Shown: piece after piece, positions 1 through 10,288 of the stretch
Layout of the letters: each line of letters opens with the position of its first letter
Numbering within the stretch: position 1 is the first letter of the stretch
From: Candidatus Latescibacterota bacterium
Lineage (GTDB): Bacteria; Latescibacterota; UBA2968; GCA-2709665
Assembly: GCA_965219995.1 (NCBI GenBank)
Contig: CBDCOX010000002.1
Coordinates: 192,001 to 256,000 of the forward strand
Length of the DNA: 64,000 bases
Direction: 5' to 3'
Made by a program: the position numbers and the translations under genes
The notes under the pieces: generated by a model
Database searches by the model: none
What the model was told of the DNA's origin: nothing
What the model saw: the letters and a program-made list of their open reading frames with translations, nothing else

Positions 1-224
1 TGGTTCGGGATATCGGGTGCAAAATCAACGTCATTCCCTGGAATCCTGTCGATGGCGCGCCATTTGCGCGGCCGCCCGAGGTAGCGGTAGACCGGTTTGT
101 ACGGGTCCTCAGGAATGCGCATCTGACAACCACGGTACGGCACAGCAAAGGGGTGGACATCGCAGCCGGATGCGGTCAACTCTATATCCATCCCGAGGCC
201 GCGGAAACCGCTTCGGACCTCTGA
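1..224 (+). CDS. rlmN: 23S rRNA m2A2503/tRNA methyltransferase RlmN, 3' end (partial)
   Basis: Not in the ORF track. Frame from nt 3 reads VRDIGCKINVIPWNP...TVRHSKGVDIAAGCGQL then TGA at 222-224, matching the RlmN C-terminal signature (NLIPxNP, DIxAACGQL). Confidence 0.9.
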   Translation, partial: VRDIGCKINVIPWNPVDGAPFARPPEVAVDRFVRVLRNAHLTTTVRHSKGVDIAAGCGQLYIHPEAAETASDL

Positions 225-293
225 ATTGCCCGGCATGCCGGAGCCGGCGCGTACCGGCGCCGCCAGACCGGCCGGTCGAGTGGGACAATTTGC

Positions 294-321
294 TTGATTT
301 TTTATAAAGATATGTTATATT
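294..321 (+). promoter_or_regulatory. Putative sigma70 promoter for murA
   Basis: TTGATT-16 nt-TATATT with a TG extended -10 in an AT-rich patch upstream of murA. Confidence 0.5.
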
Positions 322-388
322 GTAACTTACCACGATTTATGCAGAGTGTGGGTTCGATGGACCGAACATCGCCGGAGCACGTGTACTT

Positions 389-1681
389 ATGGAACAGTTC
401 GTAATCGAAGGCGGATTTCCACTTTCCGGAGCCATCACGCCAATCGGAAACAAGAATGCCGCACTGACACTCCTCGCGGCGACGCTGTTGACGGACGAGA
501 CGGTGGTGTTGAAGAACGCCCCGCCGATTGGAGACGTACTCACGCTGGTCAAGCTCCTCCGCGATCTGGGTGTCTCGGTCCGGCAGACTGGCCGGACCGA
601 ACTGACCGCGTGCGCCGCCTCGCTGCGTAACACCGCTCTGAATCCCGATCTGTGCAGCAAAGCCCGCGGGAGTATTCTGCTGGCAGGCCCGCTGCTTGCC
701 AGACACGGTCGTGCCACAACGCCCCGTCCGGGCGGCGACAAGATCGGCCGCCGCCGCCTGGATACCCATCTGCGTGCGCTGGAGGCCCTGGGCGCGTGTA
801 TCCGTACCAACCACGTCTACGAAATGCGGGCGCCGGGCGGATTGACGGGCGCCGACATTTTTCTGGATGAGCGAAGCGTCACCGGCACGGAGAACGTGAT
901 CATGGCATCCACGCTGGCCGAGGGCACGACCGTCGTCCGCAACGCCGCGTGTGAACCGCACGTGCAGGAGTTGTGTCATCTGCTCAACGCCATGGGCGCA
1001 CGGATTTCGGGCGTGGGAACGAATGAACTGACCATTGAAGGCGTAAAAACGCTCAGCGGCGGCGAACATACCATCGGACCCGATTATATGGAAGTCGGAA
1101 GCTTCATCGGCCTCGCAGCCGTCACCAGCGGAGAGATACGGATAAGAGACGCCGCGCCGCACCAGATGCGCCGGAGTCTGATGGTATTCGAACGGCTCGG
1201 TGTCGAGGTGGAGATTGACGGAGCCGATATTCTTGTTTCCGATCGACAGAAGCTCGAGATCGTCCGGGACGTCGGAGACGCGATTCCGAAGATTTCCGAC
1301 GATCCCTGGCCCGGTTTTCCAGCTGATCTGATGAGCATCGCGCTTGTGGTGGCCACGCAGGCGCGGGGAACCGTCCTGTTCTTCGAAAAAATGTACGAAA
1401 GCCGCCTCTTCTGGCTGGATCGGCTGATCGAGATGGGCGCCGAGATCATCATCTGCGATCCCCACCGGGCGGTTGTCGTCGGACCGTCGAAGCTATATGG
1501 TGAGCGGATTACAAGTCCCGATATCAGGGCTGGAATGGCGCTGCTGATCGCGAGTCTGTGCGCCGAAGGCCGGAGCGTGATCCGGAACATCGAACAGATC
1601 GATCGCGGGTACGACGCCATCGACGGGCGTCTTCGCGCGCTGGGCGCCCGGATCGAACGCGTCTCCGTACCGCTGGAATGA
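389..1681 (+). CDS. murA: UDP-N-acetylglucosamine 1-carboxyvinyltransferase
   Basis: [21 protein letters not shown] (Asp at the catalytic Cys position), [28 protein letters not shown] motifs. Confidence 0.97.
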   Translation: MEQFVIEGGFPLSGAITPIGNKNAALTLLAATLLTDETVVLKNAPPIGDVLTLVKLLRDLGVSVRQTGRTELTACAASLRNTALNPDLCSKARGSILLAGPLLARHGRATTPRPGGDKIGRRRLDTHLRALEALGACIRTNHVYEMRAPGGLTGADIFLDERSVTGTENVIMASTLAEGTTVVRNAACEPHVQELCHLLNAMGARISGVGTNELTIEGVKTLSGGEHTIGPDYMEVGSFIGLAAVTSGEIRIRDAAPHQMRRSLMVFERLGVEVEIDGADILVSDRQKLEIVRDVGDAIPKISDDPWPGFPADLMSIALVVATQARGTVLFFEKMYESRLFWLDRLIEMGAEIIICDPHRAVVVGPSKLYGERITSPDIRAGMALLIASLCAEGRSVIRNIEQIDRGYDAIDGRLRALGARIERVSVPLE

Positions 1682-3054
1682 GTCCCATGGCGTCTGCTCG
1701 CGACATGGCAATCGAAGTGGTCCGGCGCCTCCACGCACACGGGTTCCGGGCGTTGTTGGCCGGCGGGTGCGTACGGGATGTCCTGCTCGGGTTGGAACCC
1801 CGGGATTACGACGTTGCAACCGATGCCGATCCCAATCAGGTGATCGGCATTTTTCCACGCGCCCGGCCCGTGGGCGCGCACTTCGGCGTGGTGGAGGTGC
1901 GGCTTGGGGGGCACGCCTTCGAGGTCGCGCGTTTTCGACGTGATCTGGGCTACAGCGACGGGCGCCACCCCGACGCGGTGGAATTTTCGGACGAAACCGA
2001 AGACGCCCGGCGCCGGGATTTCACCGTAAACGGGATGTTTCTGGATCCCCTGGCGGATCGGGTGCTGGATTACGTGGGCGGACAGGAGGACCTGAAGGAG
2101 AAAGTAATCCGAACCATCGGCGCCGCCGACGATCGGTTTGCGGAAGACCGCCTGCGGATGATGAGGGCCGTGCGATTCGGATGCCGTTTCCACTGGAGGA
2201 TCGACGGCGCCACGTTTTCGGCGATACGGCGTCTGAGCGGGAGCGTCACGGAGGTCAGCAGAGAACGCATCCGGGACGAATTCGTCAGAATACTGATCGA
2301 GGGGGGCGCGCCCCAAGGGGTTAGATGGCTGATCGACTCCGGTCTGATCACCGGCATCGTCCCGGAGTTGCCGGCGCTCGACGGCGTCGCCCAACCACCG
2401 GAGTTTCACCCGGAAGGGGACGTGCTGACCCACACCCTGATCATGCTGGGGTTGATGCGCAATCCGTCGCCGGAATTGGCCATGGCGGTGCTGTTACACG
2501 ACGTGGGCAAGCCCGGCACGTTCGAATCCGCCGACCGTATTCGATTCGACAATCACGCCCGCGTGGGCGCACAGATGACGGAAGCGATATGCCGCCGGCT
2601 TCGGTTTTCCGGGGAGGCGACGCGCCACGTCGTTCGACTGGTGGCGGACCATCACCGCTTTATGCACGTACGTCAGATGCGCAAAAGCAAGCTGAAGCGG
2701 TTCTTGCGGATGGAGCGATTCGAAGAACACCTGGAACTGCACAGGGTCGACTGTCTGTCCAGCCACGGGAATCTGGATAATTACATATTCTGCCGGCAGG
2801 CCCTTGAAACTCTGGAACCCGACGAAATCCGACCCGATCCGCTGATTACGGGCAGGGACCTTATCGAACTCGGCTACACGCCGGGGCCGGCTTTTAAAGC
2901 GGCGCTCCAGGCAGTGGAGGACGGGCAGCTCGAAGGCCGGGTGAAAGACCGTGAAAGCGCGCTGCTCGTCGCACGGGGTCAGATCGACAGCGCGGCGCAG
3001 TCCGTGCGCACGGGTCCGGCCGAGTGCCGGTCCGGCAGGGAAACCCCGGCTTAG
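1678..3054 (+). CDS. cca: CCA tRNA nucleotidyltransferase with HD domain
   Basis: GGCVRD..DYDVAT, RRDFTVN, EDRLR and LLHDVGK motifs. ATG at 1678 overlaps the murA stop. Confidence 0.92.
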   Translation: MSPMASARDMAIEVVRRLHAHGFRALLAGGCVRDVLLGLEPRDYDVATDADPNQVIGIFPRARPVGAHFGVVEVRLGGHAFEVARFRRDLGYSDGRHPDAVEFSDETEDARRRDFTVNGMFLDPLADRVLDYVGGQEDLKEKVIRTIGAADDRFAEDRLRMMRAVRFGCRFHWRIDGATFSAIRRLSGSVTEVSRERIRDEFVRILIEGGAPQGVRWLIDSGLITGIVPELPALDGVAQPPEFHPEGDVLTHTLIMLGLMRNPSPELAMAVLLHDVGKPGTFESADRIRFDNHARVGAQMTEAICRRLRFSGEATRHVVRLVADHHRFMHVRQMRKSKLKRFLRMERFEEHLELHRVDCLSSHGNLDNYIFCRQALETLEPDEIRPDPLITGRDLIELGYTPGPAFKAALQAVEDGQLEGRVKDRESALLVARGQIDSAAQSVRTGPAECRSGRETPA

Positions 3055-3089
3055 CCTCAATGCGAAAAAAAGAACATCGAAAAATTGGC

Positions 3090-3118
3090 CACAAAAAGCA
3101 CAAAAGGCACAATAAGCA
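3090..3118 (+). repeat. Three tandem imperfect 9-bp repeats
   Basis: CACAAAAAG CACAAAAGG CACAATAAG CA. Confidence 0.6.
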
Positions 3119-3201
3119 TCCGTGAAAAGCGGCGCCGGGGCGCATTGTTGGAACCATCGCCGTACAGCGGCGTTTCCAATTGGAGAAGCCCGCTTTACAT
3201 G

Positions 3202-3364
3202 AGGAGCTGTCTTAAAATCCCCAGCGGTCTTCGCGCGGCTGCAAAAGCGCCGTTCGGCGTTGGTCAAATCCACCCGTATAATCAAATATGGGCGGATTTT
3301 CCCGTCTTGACCGCCGCTTTTTCGCTCGCGCTCGGGACTCACCAGGAATTTTAAAACAGCTCCT
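3202..3364. mobile_element. MITE-like palindromic element (~163 bp)
   Basis: 17-bp terminal inverted repeats with 1 mismatch: AGGAGCTGTCTTAAAAT (3202-3218) and ATTTTAAAACAGCTCCT (3348-3364). Internal imperfect hairpin ATCCACCCGTAT-aatcaa-ATATGGGCGGAT. No transposase. Confidence 0.7.
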
Positions 3365-3398
3365 TACCGATTCACTCCTGCTTCGCGACGGGTGTCCG

Positions 3399-3974
3399 AT
3401 GTCCGGCCTGATTCGACTCTCGATGACCATCGCTGTTCTTGCCATCTGGGCTCCGCGGCCCGGCGCGACGACCGTTGTACGGTTCGCGTTCGAATCGCTG
3501 TGTGAAAAAGCGGAGACGATCGCCCACGTTCAGTGCGTGTCGCGCAGAAGTTTCGTGGATGAAGGCCGCGGTGAAATCGTAACGGAGTACCGGTTCCGGG
3601 TGATGACGCCGGTCAAGGGAAATCCCGGCGGCGAAATCGTCCTCACGCTGCCGGGGGGTACCGCCGAAGGCCACAGGCTTTACATACCCGGCATTCCCGA
3701 GTTCGGCGTCGACGAAGAGGCCGTTCTTTTCCTCACGGGCCCGGACATGCACGGATCGCCGTGGCCTCTCGGTCTCGGACAGGGCTGTTACCGCGTACCC
3801 GAAGCCCGGGAGGGCCGCGCGCAGGTCAGGATGCAACCCGGCGCCACGCCTCTGCCTGCGGGAGCGCTCTTCAAGCCCGCTCTCAACCGACCCTTCCGGC
3901 CCTTCAATGTGCCGCTGCAGCATTTTCTTCATCAGATTCGACTGACGATTCCCGAAGGGTCCGACGAGAGGTGA
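3399..3974 (+). CDS. Secreted hypothetical protein
   Basis: Signal peptide-like N-terminus (MSGLIRLSMTIAVLAIWAPRPGA), then TTV..L/PGGT/IPGIPEF..EEAVLFL/GLGQG. The ORF-track upstream extension lies inside the MITE. Confidence 0.7.
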   Translation: MSGLIRLSMTIAVLAIWAPRPGATTVVRFAFESLCEKAETIAHVQCVSRRSFVDEGRGEIVTEYRFRVMTPVKGNPGGEIVLTLPGGTAEGHRLYIPGIPEFGVDEEAVLFLTGPDMHGSPWPLGLGQGCYRVPEAREGRAQVRMQPGATPLPAGALFKPALNRPFRPFNVPLQHFLHQIRLTIPEGSDER

Positions 3975-4265
3975 GATGCCGGCGAAACTCCTGCGCCGGT
4001 GAGCGGATGGTTGAAATGTCCGCCGGCTTTTGCATAGCAACAGGCGGTTACGGGATCAACGGATGCATGCTCGCCTTCATCCATTGATCCTTTTTATTTT
4101 GCTTGACTTTGATCCGACATTGTTGCATCATATCGGCGCGGTATTATTGATCCCTTATGTGCGTGTAAAGTTCTGAATTTAAGTGACTTTGGCACATTCG
4201 GCATGCTTCGAGGGCGGCGTTGTGCCCTTTTTTTGTTGGCTTCGAACCGGGAAGGAGGCGCAGTA

Positions 4266-5459
4266 ATGTACAAACTGCATTTTGACATTCGGGACATCTT
4301 TCGGGTGGTTCGGCTCGGATGGTCCGGAAAGAAGATCTGGGTGGGTTTGTGCGGCACGCTGATTGCCTACGCAGGATACTCCATCCTGGCCATTGTCGAC
4401 CACCTTCTGGCAGGGGCCGCGCTCCGGGAGATCTGGCACAAGTACGGCCTCTTTCCCGGTACTGCTCCCTTTCCGGCCACACTGGCCGGCACGGCGATCG
4501 ACGTCGTCGCAATGCTGTACGTCTGGATCGTCGTTCTTTTGATGGTATGCGCGATCTGCAAGATCACCTACCAGCAACTGAAGGGGGATGATTTTTATTC
4601 CTCTGGCGACGCATGGAGATTCATCATTCAGAACTGGGGGGGTGTGGTCTGGGGGCCGGTGGCCACGTTGGCGCTGTTCATCTTCTTCATTGTCGCCGGG
4701 ATCGTCATCGGATGGCTGGCGGGGATGATTCCCTGGGCAGGTGAACTGGCATTCGGGATTCTCTTCATTCCGATCTTCTTCGCCGCGCTGGTCGCTGTCT
4801 TCATTTCAATCGCGTTTGTCGTGTCCATCACCATGGCTCCGGCCGTCGTGGGGACGGTCGGCGAAGATGCGCTCGAGGTGGCGATCCAGTCTTTTTCGTT
4901 GGCCTGGAGCCAGCCCTGGCGGTTGGTACTTTATATGGTCTGGATGAAGATTTCCGTCTCAATAGGGGCCATCTTGCTGGGAATCTTCATGGCCTCCGCA
5001 ATGGGCCTGGTCAGCTGGGCCTGCGGCCTGTTCATGAAGGAGAAACTGGCCAATCTGGTGTACGTCGCGGGTCTGTATGTTCCTTATGACTTCACCCGAA
5101 GCGAATGGCTGTCGATGGACATTACGGCGTTTCTCCCTGCTGCCGGCAACCCGACTGGATCCGAACTGCTGGCTGGCGGCATTCTGGGGGTGATGTTGAT
5201 TCTGCTCACGGCCATCTTCGGCTCTTACGTCCTGTCCGCGTACGCTTCGGGCATCAGCCTGATCTACGTGATTCTCAGGAAGCGCAAGGACGACGAGAAT
5301 CTTCTCGAATGGGAAGACGAAGCGTCGGAGCAGGATGAGGAACAGCCCGGGGATGTGGAGGCGACCGGGAGCAGCGGGGAGGACACGGTTGACGACACGT
5401 CCGCAGCATCGGAGAACGGAGACGGTGAGGCGTCGGACACCGAATCGGAACGGGACTGA
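4266..5459 (+). CDS. Multi-pass membrane protein with acidic C-terminal tail
   Basis: GGAGG RBS before ATG 4266, many hydrophobic segments, D/E-rich tail. Confidence 0.8.
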   Translation: MYKLHFDIRDIFRVVRLGWSGKKIWVGLCGTLIAYAGYSILAIVDHLLAGAALREIWHKYGLFPGTAPFPATLAGTAIDVVAMLYVWIVVLLMVCAICKITYQQLKGDDFYSSGDAWRFIIQNWGGVVWGPVATLALFIFFIVAGIVIGWLAGMIPWAGELAFGILFIPIFFAALVAVFISIAFVVSITMAPAVVGTVGEDALEVAIQSFSLAWSQPWRLVLYMVWMKISVSIGAILLGIFMASAMGLVSWACGLFMKEKLANLVYVAGLYVPYDFTRSEWLSMDITAFLPAAGNPTGSELLAGGILGVMLILLTAIFGSYVLSAYASGISLIYVILRKRKDDENLLEWEDEASEQDEEQPGDVEATGSSGEDTVDDTSAASENGDGEASDTESERD

Positions 5460-5478
5460 AAACCGGCATTCAGGAAAC

Positions 5479-6474
5479 GTGCTCGCGGACGTGGCGGCGG
5501 ACGCGCGCCTGGCGGAAGGACCGGAAGGCGTTCGACGGATTCTGAGAGCCGTCTATCGGGCAGGTACGCTGCCGGTTCGGGACCTGTCGCGGGAGACGGG
5601 TCTGCCGGTGCCGGTGGTGGCGGCGGTTCGCGGCGAGTTGGAAAAAAGGGGATGGGTGGAGAGGCGAGGGGGAGTCGTCCTTTCTTCAGCCGGTCGGAGT
5701 GCGGTTGAAAAACGCCTGGGTCTGGGTTGCCGCCGCCGGTTTCGAAGGCCGGCTTTTCCCGTGCTGGACGACGAGATGCGTGCAATGCGCGCACGGATGG
5801 AGGCGTTCGCGGAGCGCAGGCCGGTTGTCGACGTGCGGCTGGATCAATCCCATGCGACGGTGGAAACCGCGTTGCGGCGCGCCGTGTATCTGTTTGAGAA
5901 CGACGGGCTCGAAGGACGGGACATCCTGATCCTGGGAGACGACGACCTGACCTCCCTGGCGATCGGCCTCCTGGCGGAATTTCTGGGGGTTTCGGTGCGC
6001 CGGCTGGTCGTGCTTGAATGCGACTCGCGCCTGGTGGCCTTTCTGAACGCCGCGTCGGGTGAAACACAGCAGACCATCGAGGCCGTCGAACACGACTTGA
6101 GAGCCGATCTGCCTGGTGAACTGGTCTCCGGTTTCGATGTGTTCCTTACAGATCCGCCATACACACTTGCCGGGTTGGCGTTGTTCATCTCCCGGGGCGC
6201 AGCCGGGCTTCGGAAGGAGGCGGGCAAGCAGGGCTATATCTGTTTCGGCAGCCGAAGGCCGGAGGAAACGGTAGCCGCCATGGCTGAAATTACGGAAACC
6301 GGGCTTGCCCCGGTCGAAATTATACCGGATTTCAATCGGTACGCGGGCGCCCAGATGCTGGCCGGTGTCAGTCATCTGATTCGCACGGTCTCGACGGCGC
6401 GGCTGACGCCACAGGTCCAGGGGTTCTATGAAGGCGCCCTCTACACGGCCGACCGGACGCGGACGACGGGATGA
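5479..6474 (+). CDS. bpsA: BpsA-family (N4-bis(aminopropyl)spermidine synthase-like) aminopropyltransferase
   Basis: LDQSH, RRAVYL, ILGDDDLTSLA and FDVFLTDPPYT motifs plus an N-terminal HTH-like region. Start codon uncertain. Confidence 0.8.
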   Translation: MLADVAADARLAEGPEGVRRILRAVYRAGTLPVRDLSRETGLPVPVVAAVRGELEKRGWVERRGGVVLSSAGRSAVEKRLGLGCRRRFRRPAFPVLDDEMRAMRARMEAFAERRPVVDVRLDQSHATVETALRRAVYLFENDGLEGRDILILGDDDLTSLAIGLLAEFLGVSVRRLVVLECDSRLVAFLNAASGETQQTIEAVEHDLRADLPGELVSGFDVFLTDPPYTLAGLALFISRGAAGLRKEAGKQGYICFGSRRPEETVAAMAEITETGLAPVEIIPDFNRYAGAQMLAGVSHLIRTVSTARLTPQVQGFYEGALYTADRTRTTG

Positions 6475-7400
6475 AACTGCCGTTCACAGCCGAACCCGTT
6501 CACCCCGGGCATACGCGCCGGTTGCAGGGAATATTCGCGTCCGCCCTGAAGAACGCCTGGTGTTACTACGCTCCGTTTATCTGCTGTTTCAGCCTGCCTC
6601 CGGCGCGGGAAGTGTTCGTGGCCGAACACGATGGCGCACTCTGGCTTCCCGTGCGCCGCGCCGCGAGGAACGGCCGCGTCTGGTTCGATTTCGTGGTACC
6701 ACCGATTCCGCTTTGCGCACCGTCTCTCGTTGCGACGCTGAACGAGGTCCGTGCGATCAACGGCGGCCGCTGTCCTCGTATTCTGTGGTTGGATGAGGAG
6801 GACAGGCGGCGCATGCCGCCTGATGGACTGGAAGTAAGGACCAGGTCTCGCGAATATTTGTACGAACCGTCTAAGGTCGTGGCGGCGGCGGGGCGGCCGT
6901 ACCGCGACGTGCGGAAGAAACTCAGGCGCATTCGGAGATACGCGGATCCGCATTTTCGGGAAATGACGCCTGCCGACGTCCCGGCCTGCCACGCGCTGCT
7001 GCGAACCTGGAGGAAACGGCAGGGTCGCAAACGGGAATTCCTGCTTGACTGGGGATATACGCGGTCTGCGCTGTCAAGGTACGGACATTGGAATTCGGAA
7101 GAGCTCCAGGGGTGGTGCGTGGAACTGGATGGCCGGGTCGCGGCTTTCGCGTTCGCCGGACGCATGCACACGGGGCTGGCGAATTTTTTCGTGGCGAAAA
7201 CGGACCCCGACGTCCGGGGACTGTCGGAGTATCTTCGGACAGAGGTCTACCGGGCGCTGATGGACTACGATCTTGTCAATGACGCCGGAGACCTGGGGTT
7301 GCCGGGATTGCGGCAGCACAAGCGGAAGTTCAGGCCCGTCGGGCGGATTCCCGTATACAGCGCATCGTATTCGGTCCCAACACAAGGAGGCGGCACTTGA
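6471..7400 (+). CDS. DUF2156 / phosphatidylglycerol lysyltransferase C-terminal-like GNAT-fold protein
   Basis: EYLY, KTDPDVRGL and VNDAGDLGLPGLRQHKRKFRP resemble the DUF2156 C-terminal signature (INxEqDLGxxGLRxxKxxYxP). Confidence 0.75.
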   Translation: MKLPFTAEPVHPGHTRRLQGIFASALKNAWCYYAPFICCFSLPPAREVFVAEHDGALWLPVRRAARNGRVWFDFVVPPIPLCAPSLVATLNEVRAINGGRCPRILWLDEEDRRRMPPDGLEVRTRSREYLYEPSKVVAAAGRPYRDVRKKLRRIRRYADPHFREMTPADVPACHALLRTWRKRQGRKREFLLDWGYTRSALSRYGHWNSEELQGWCVELDGRVAAFAFAGRMHTGLANFFVAKTDPDVRGLSEYLRTEVYRALMDYDLVNDAGDLGLPGLRQHKRKFRPVGRIPVYSASYSVPTQGGGT

Positions 7401-8026
7401 CGGCAGCGAAAGCAACCAATATTGTCTGGCATGAAGGACACGTGAGCCGTGCCGAGCGGGAGCGGCTGTTGACGCAGGCGGGGTGTCTGGTGTGGTTGAC
7501 GGGTCTGCCTTCCTCCGGGAAGAGCACCATTGCGTTCACCGCGGAGCACGCGCTGGTTGCGCGGGGTCACATGGCCTATGTACTGGATGGAGACAATATC
7601 CGCCACGGACTGAACAGAAACCTGGGGTTTTCGGCTGAAGACAGGGCTGAGAATATACGCCGGATCGGGGAGGTGGGAAAGCTGTTCGTGGATGCCGGAA
7701 TCCTTGCGATCAGCAGCTTCGTGAGCCCGTACAGGGCCGACAGGGACGGCGTCCGGGGAATGCTGGACCCGGGCGACTTTCTGGAGATCTATGTGGACAC
7801 GCCGCTTTCCGTGTGCGAGGAGAGGGACCCGAAGGGACTGTACAAGAAGGCGCGCGCGGGAGAGATACGTGACTTTACCGGGGTCTCGGATCCCTACGAG
7901 CCGCCGGAGGACCCGGAGCTCGTGATCAAGGCAGCCGAATGTTCGCCCGAGGAGGCCGCACGGCAGATCCTCGATCTGCTGGAGTCACGGGGAAAGATTC
8001 CGATGCTGGAAGGCGTTGAACCGTGA
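7397..8026 (+). CDS. cysC: Adenylyl-sulfate kinase
   Basis: WLTGLPSSGKST P-loop, LDGDNIRHGL, RDPKGLY, FTGVSDPYEPP. Confidence 0.96.
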   Translation: MTAAKATNIVWHEGHVSRAERERLLTQAGCLVWLTGLPSSGKSTIAFTAEHALVARGHMAYVLDGDNIRHGLNRNLGFSAEDRAENIRRIGEVGKLFVDAGILAISSFVSPYRADRDGVRGMLDPGDFLEIYVDTPLSVCEERDPKGLYKKARAGEIRDFTGVSDPYEPPEDPELVIKAAECSPEEAARQILDLLESRGKIPMLEGVEP

Positions 8027-9399
8027 TGCCGCTGGACGGGCGGCGGGTGCTCGTGATGGGTCTTGGCCTGTTCGGCGGAGGCGCGGGCGCGGTGCGGTTT
8101 CTGTGCAGGGAAGGAGCGCGCGTTACCGTTACCGACCTGCGGCCGGCGGACGCGCTTCGGGAGTCGTTGCGGACGCTCGAGTCGTTGCCCGTCGCCTACA
8201 GGCTGGGCGGACACGAGGCGTCGGATTTCCGGGCGGCGGACCTTGTCGTGGCCAATCCCGCGGTGCCCCGGTCTTCTCCGTTCCTGAAGGATGCCGAAAA
8301 ACGGGGTATCCCGGTAACGACGGAAATCTGCCTGTTTGCAGAGCGCTGCAGGGCCCCGGTCGTGGGGATTACCGGCACCAGCGGGAAGACGACGACCGCG
8401 TCTCTGTTGGCCGAGATGATGCGGCGCAATTCACCCCGGACGCTGGTGGGCGGAAACATCGGGGGGTCTTTGCTTGAGCGTCTCGAGGAGATCACGCCGG
8501 AAACGCGCGTGGTCCTCGAGTTGTCGAGCTTTCAGCTCGAGCGGCTGACCGGGTTGAAATGGCGCCCGGAGACCGCCGTCGTTACGAATTTCGCCCCCAA
8601 TCACCTGGACATGCACGGCTCACTGGAGGCATATAAGCGGGCGAAACAACAGATCATCGCCCATCAGGGCGAAGGCGACTTCGAGGTTCTGAACGGCGAC
8701 GACCCTGAAGTCCGGCAGTGGCGAGCGCGCGGACGCCGCGTCGTATTCGGCACGCAACGGACGTCGGATTGCGACGTGTATCTGAAAGACGGAGAGATAA
8801 GACACCGGATCGGCCGATCCGAAAGAGCCGTCTGTCCGGCTGGCTCGGTCGCTCTGCCCGGACGGCATAACCTCGCAAACGCGCTGGCCGCGTGCGGGGC
8901 GGCGCTCTGCAACGACGTGTCCGAAACGGACATCGCGGGAGTGCTTCGCGCGTTCAAGGGCGTGCCGCACCGGTTGGAGCGGGTGGCCGAGATCGCAGGC
9001 GTTACGTATTACAACGATTCGATCGCCACCAGCCCGGATCGGACGCTCGTGGCGCTTGAAGCCGTGCCGCCCGGGGTGGTGCTGATCGCAGGGGGCTACG
9101 ACAAGGGTCTGTCATACGGCGCGCTTGGTCGACATATCGGGAGCAGGGTGTCGCATCTGATCCTGACGGGCGACACGGCGGACGCGATTGCGGCTTCGGT
9201 CCCGTCCGGATCTCCCACACGTATTTCACGCGTGGATTCGCTGGACGATGCCGTGTCCGCCGCAACGCGGCGGGCAGAAATCGGCGGTACCGTATTGTTT
9301 TCTCCGGCATCGGCCAGTTACGATCGCTTTCGCAATTACGTGGAGCGCGGAAACCGGTTCAAGACACTCGTTCTGGATACGGGGGGTTGTGATGGCTGA
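8023..9399 (+). CDS. murD: UDP-N-acetylmuramoyl-L-alanine--D-glutamate ligase
   Basis: GITGTSGKTTT, GGNIG, ELSSFQL, PNHLD, HRLE, NDSIAT, GGYDKG, SPASASYDRF. Confidence 0.95.
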   Translation: MMPLDGRRVLVMGLGLFGGGAGAVRFLCREGARVTVTDLRPADALRESLRTLESLPVAYRLGGHEASDFRAADLVVANPAVPRSSPFLKDAEKRGIPVTTEICLFAERCRAPVVGITGTSGKTTTASLLAEMMRRNSPRTLVGGNIGGSLLERLEEITPETRVVLELSSFQLERLTGLKWRPETAVVTNFAPNHLDMHGSLEAYKRAKQQIIAHQGEGDFEVLNGDDPEVRQWRARGRRVVFGTQRTSDCDVYLKDGEIRHRIGRSERAVCPAGSVALPGRHNLANALAACGAALCNDVSETDIAGVLRAFKGVPHRLERVAEIAGVTYYNDSIATSPDRTLVALEAVPPGVVLIAGGYDKGLSYGALGRHIGSRVSHLILTGDTADAIAASVPSGSPTRISRVDSLDDAVSAATRRAEIGGTVLFSPASASYDRFRNYVERGNRFKTLVLDTGGCDG

Positions 9400-10234
9400 A
9401 TCCATCGACTTGCGGGCGATCGCTCCGACCGTTGCCCGCGTTCTCAACGTGCCCGCGCCCCGTGGCGCCGAGGCGGCGCCGATCGCCGCCGTCATCGAGA
9501 CCCTGGATGCGACCGACCGGCTGGCGCTGGTGGTGGTGGACGGTTTCGGCTCGTCGCTGTGGGCATACGTTCGCGATGCCGTGCCGGTATTCAACCGGAT
9601 CGCTGCGCTGCGGCACCTCGAAATCCAATCCGTGCTGCCGTCCATGACGTATATCTGCATCTCGACGATGCTGACCGGCATTTCTCCGGCCTCCCACGGC
9701 GTGACGGATTTACAGACGATGATCCGCGCGACGCGGTCCCCTGATATGGATTCGGTTTTCAGTCGTGTCAGGGCCGCGGGCGGACAGACGTTGATGGCCG
9801 TGCACAAACGGGACGTGGCGGGTCTGGATATCGAACGGTTTGCCGACAGGACCGTCCTGGCCGAGGAACGAAACGATCTGGAAATCTACAGCCGGGTGCC
9901 CGGTTTGATCGTCGAAGACTCGCCAGGATTCGCGTTTGTGCATCTGCTCGATATAGACGAAGCCGGTCACAGGTACGGTCCCTATACGGAGGAAGTCCGC
10001 GAGGCCGCCGTGAACACGGACCGGCGCATGAAAGGCCTTCTGGCCTCTCTCGCGACCTCCGGATATGCCGTCGTAATCGTTGCGGATCACGGGATGCACG
10101 AGTCACCGCGCGGCGTTGCGGACGAAGACGGGAACCTCGGTACGCACGACGGTTCGGTTCAGGAGGACCTGCTCGTTCCGCTGCTGTGGGCGACGGCGGA
10201 GGAAGTGGGCGAAATCGCCGGCGAAGACGAATAA
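9392..10234 (+). CDS. Alkaline phosphatase superfamily (nucleotide pyrophosphatase/phosphodiesterase-like) protein
   Basis: VVDGFG, PSMT, DEAGHRYG, ADHG and THDG metal/nucleophile motifs. Confidence 0.8.
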   Translation: MAESIDLRAIAPTVARVLNVPAPRGAEAAPIAAVIETLDATDRLALVVVDGFGSSLWAYVRDAVPVFNRIAALRHLEIQSVLPSMTYICISTMLTGISPASHGVTDLQTMIRATRSPDMDSVFSRVRAAGGQTLMAVHKRDVAGLDIERFADRTVLAEERNDLEIYSRVPGLIVEDSPGFAFVHLLDIDEAGHRYGPYTEEVREAAVNTDRRMKGLLASLATSGYAVVIVADHGMHESPRGVADEDGNLGTHDGSVQEDLLVPLLWATAEEVGEIAGEDE

Positions 10235-10265
10235 AAAAAGCCGAGGCCGGACGTCCGGCCTCGGC
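10233..10265 (-). terminator. Intrinsic terminator after the sigma factor (possibly bidirectional)
   Basis: Perfect 26-bp palindrome GCCGAGGCCGGACGTCCGGCCTCGGC (10240-10265) next to A7 (a T-tail on the minus strand), between convergent genes. Confidence 0.85.
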
Positions 10266-10288
10266 CTGGAATGTTGTCATGTTCCGGT

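Noticed and set aside
3085-3398. Short ORFs 3085-3354 and the 3288 extension
   Set aside because: They run through the repeat and MITE sequence and show no protein-like features.
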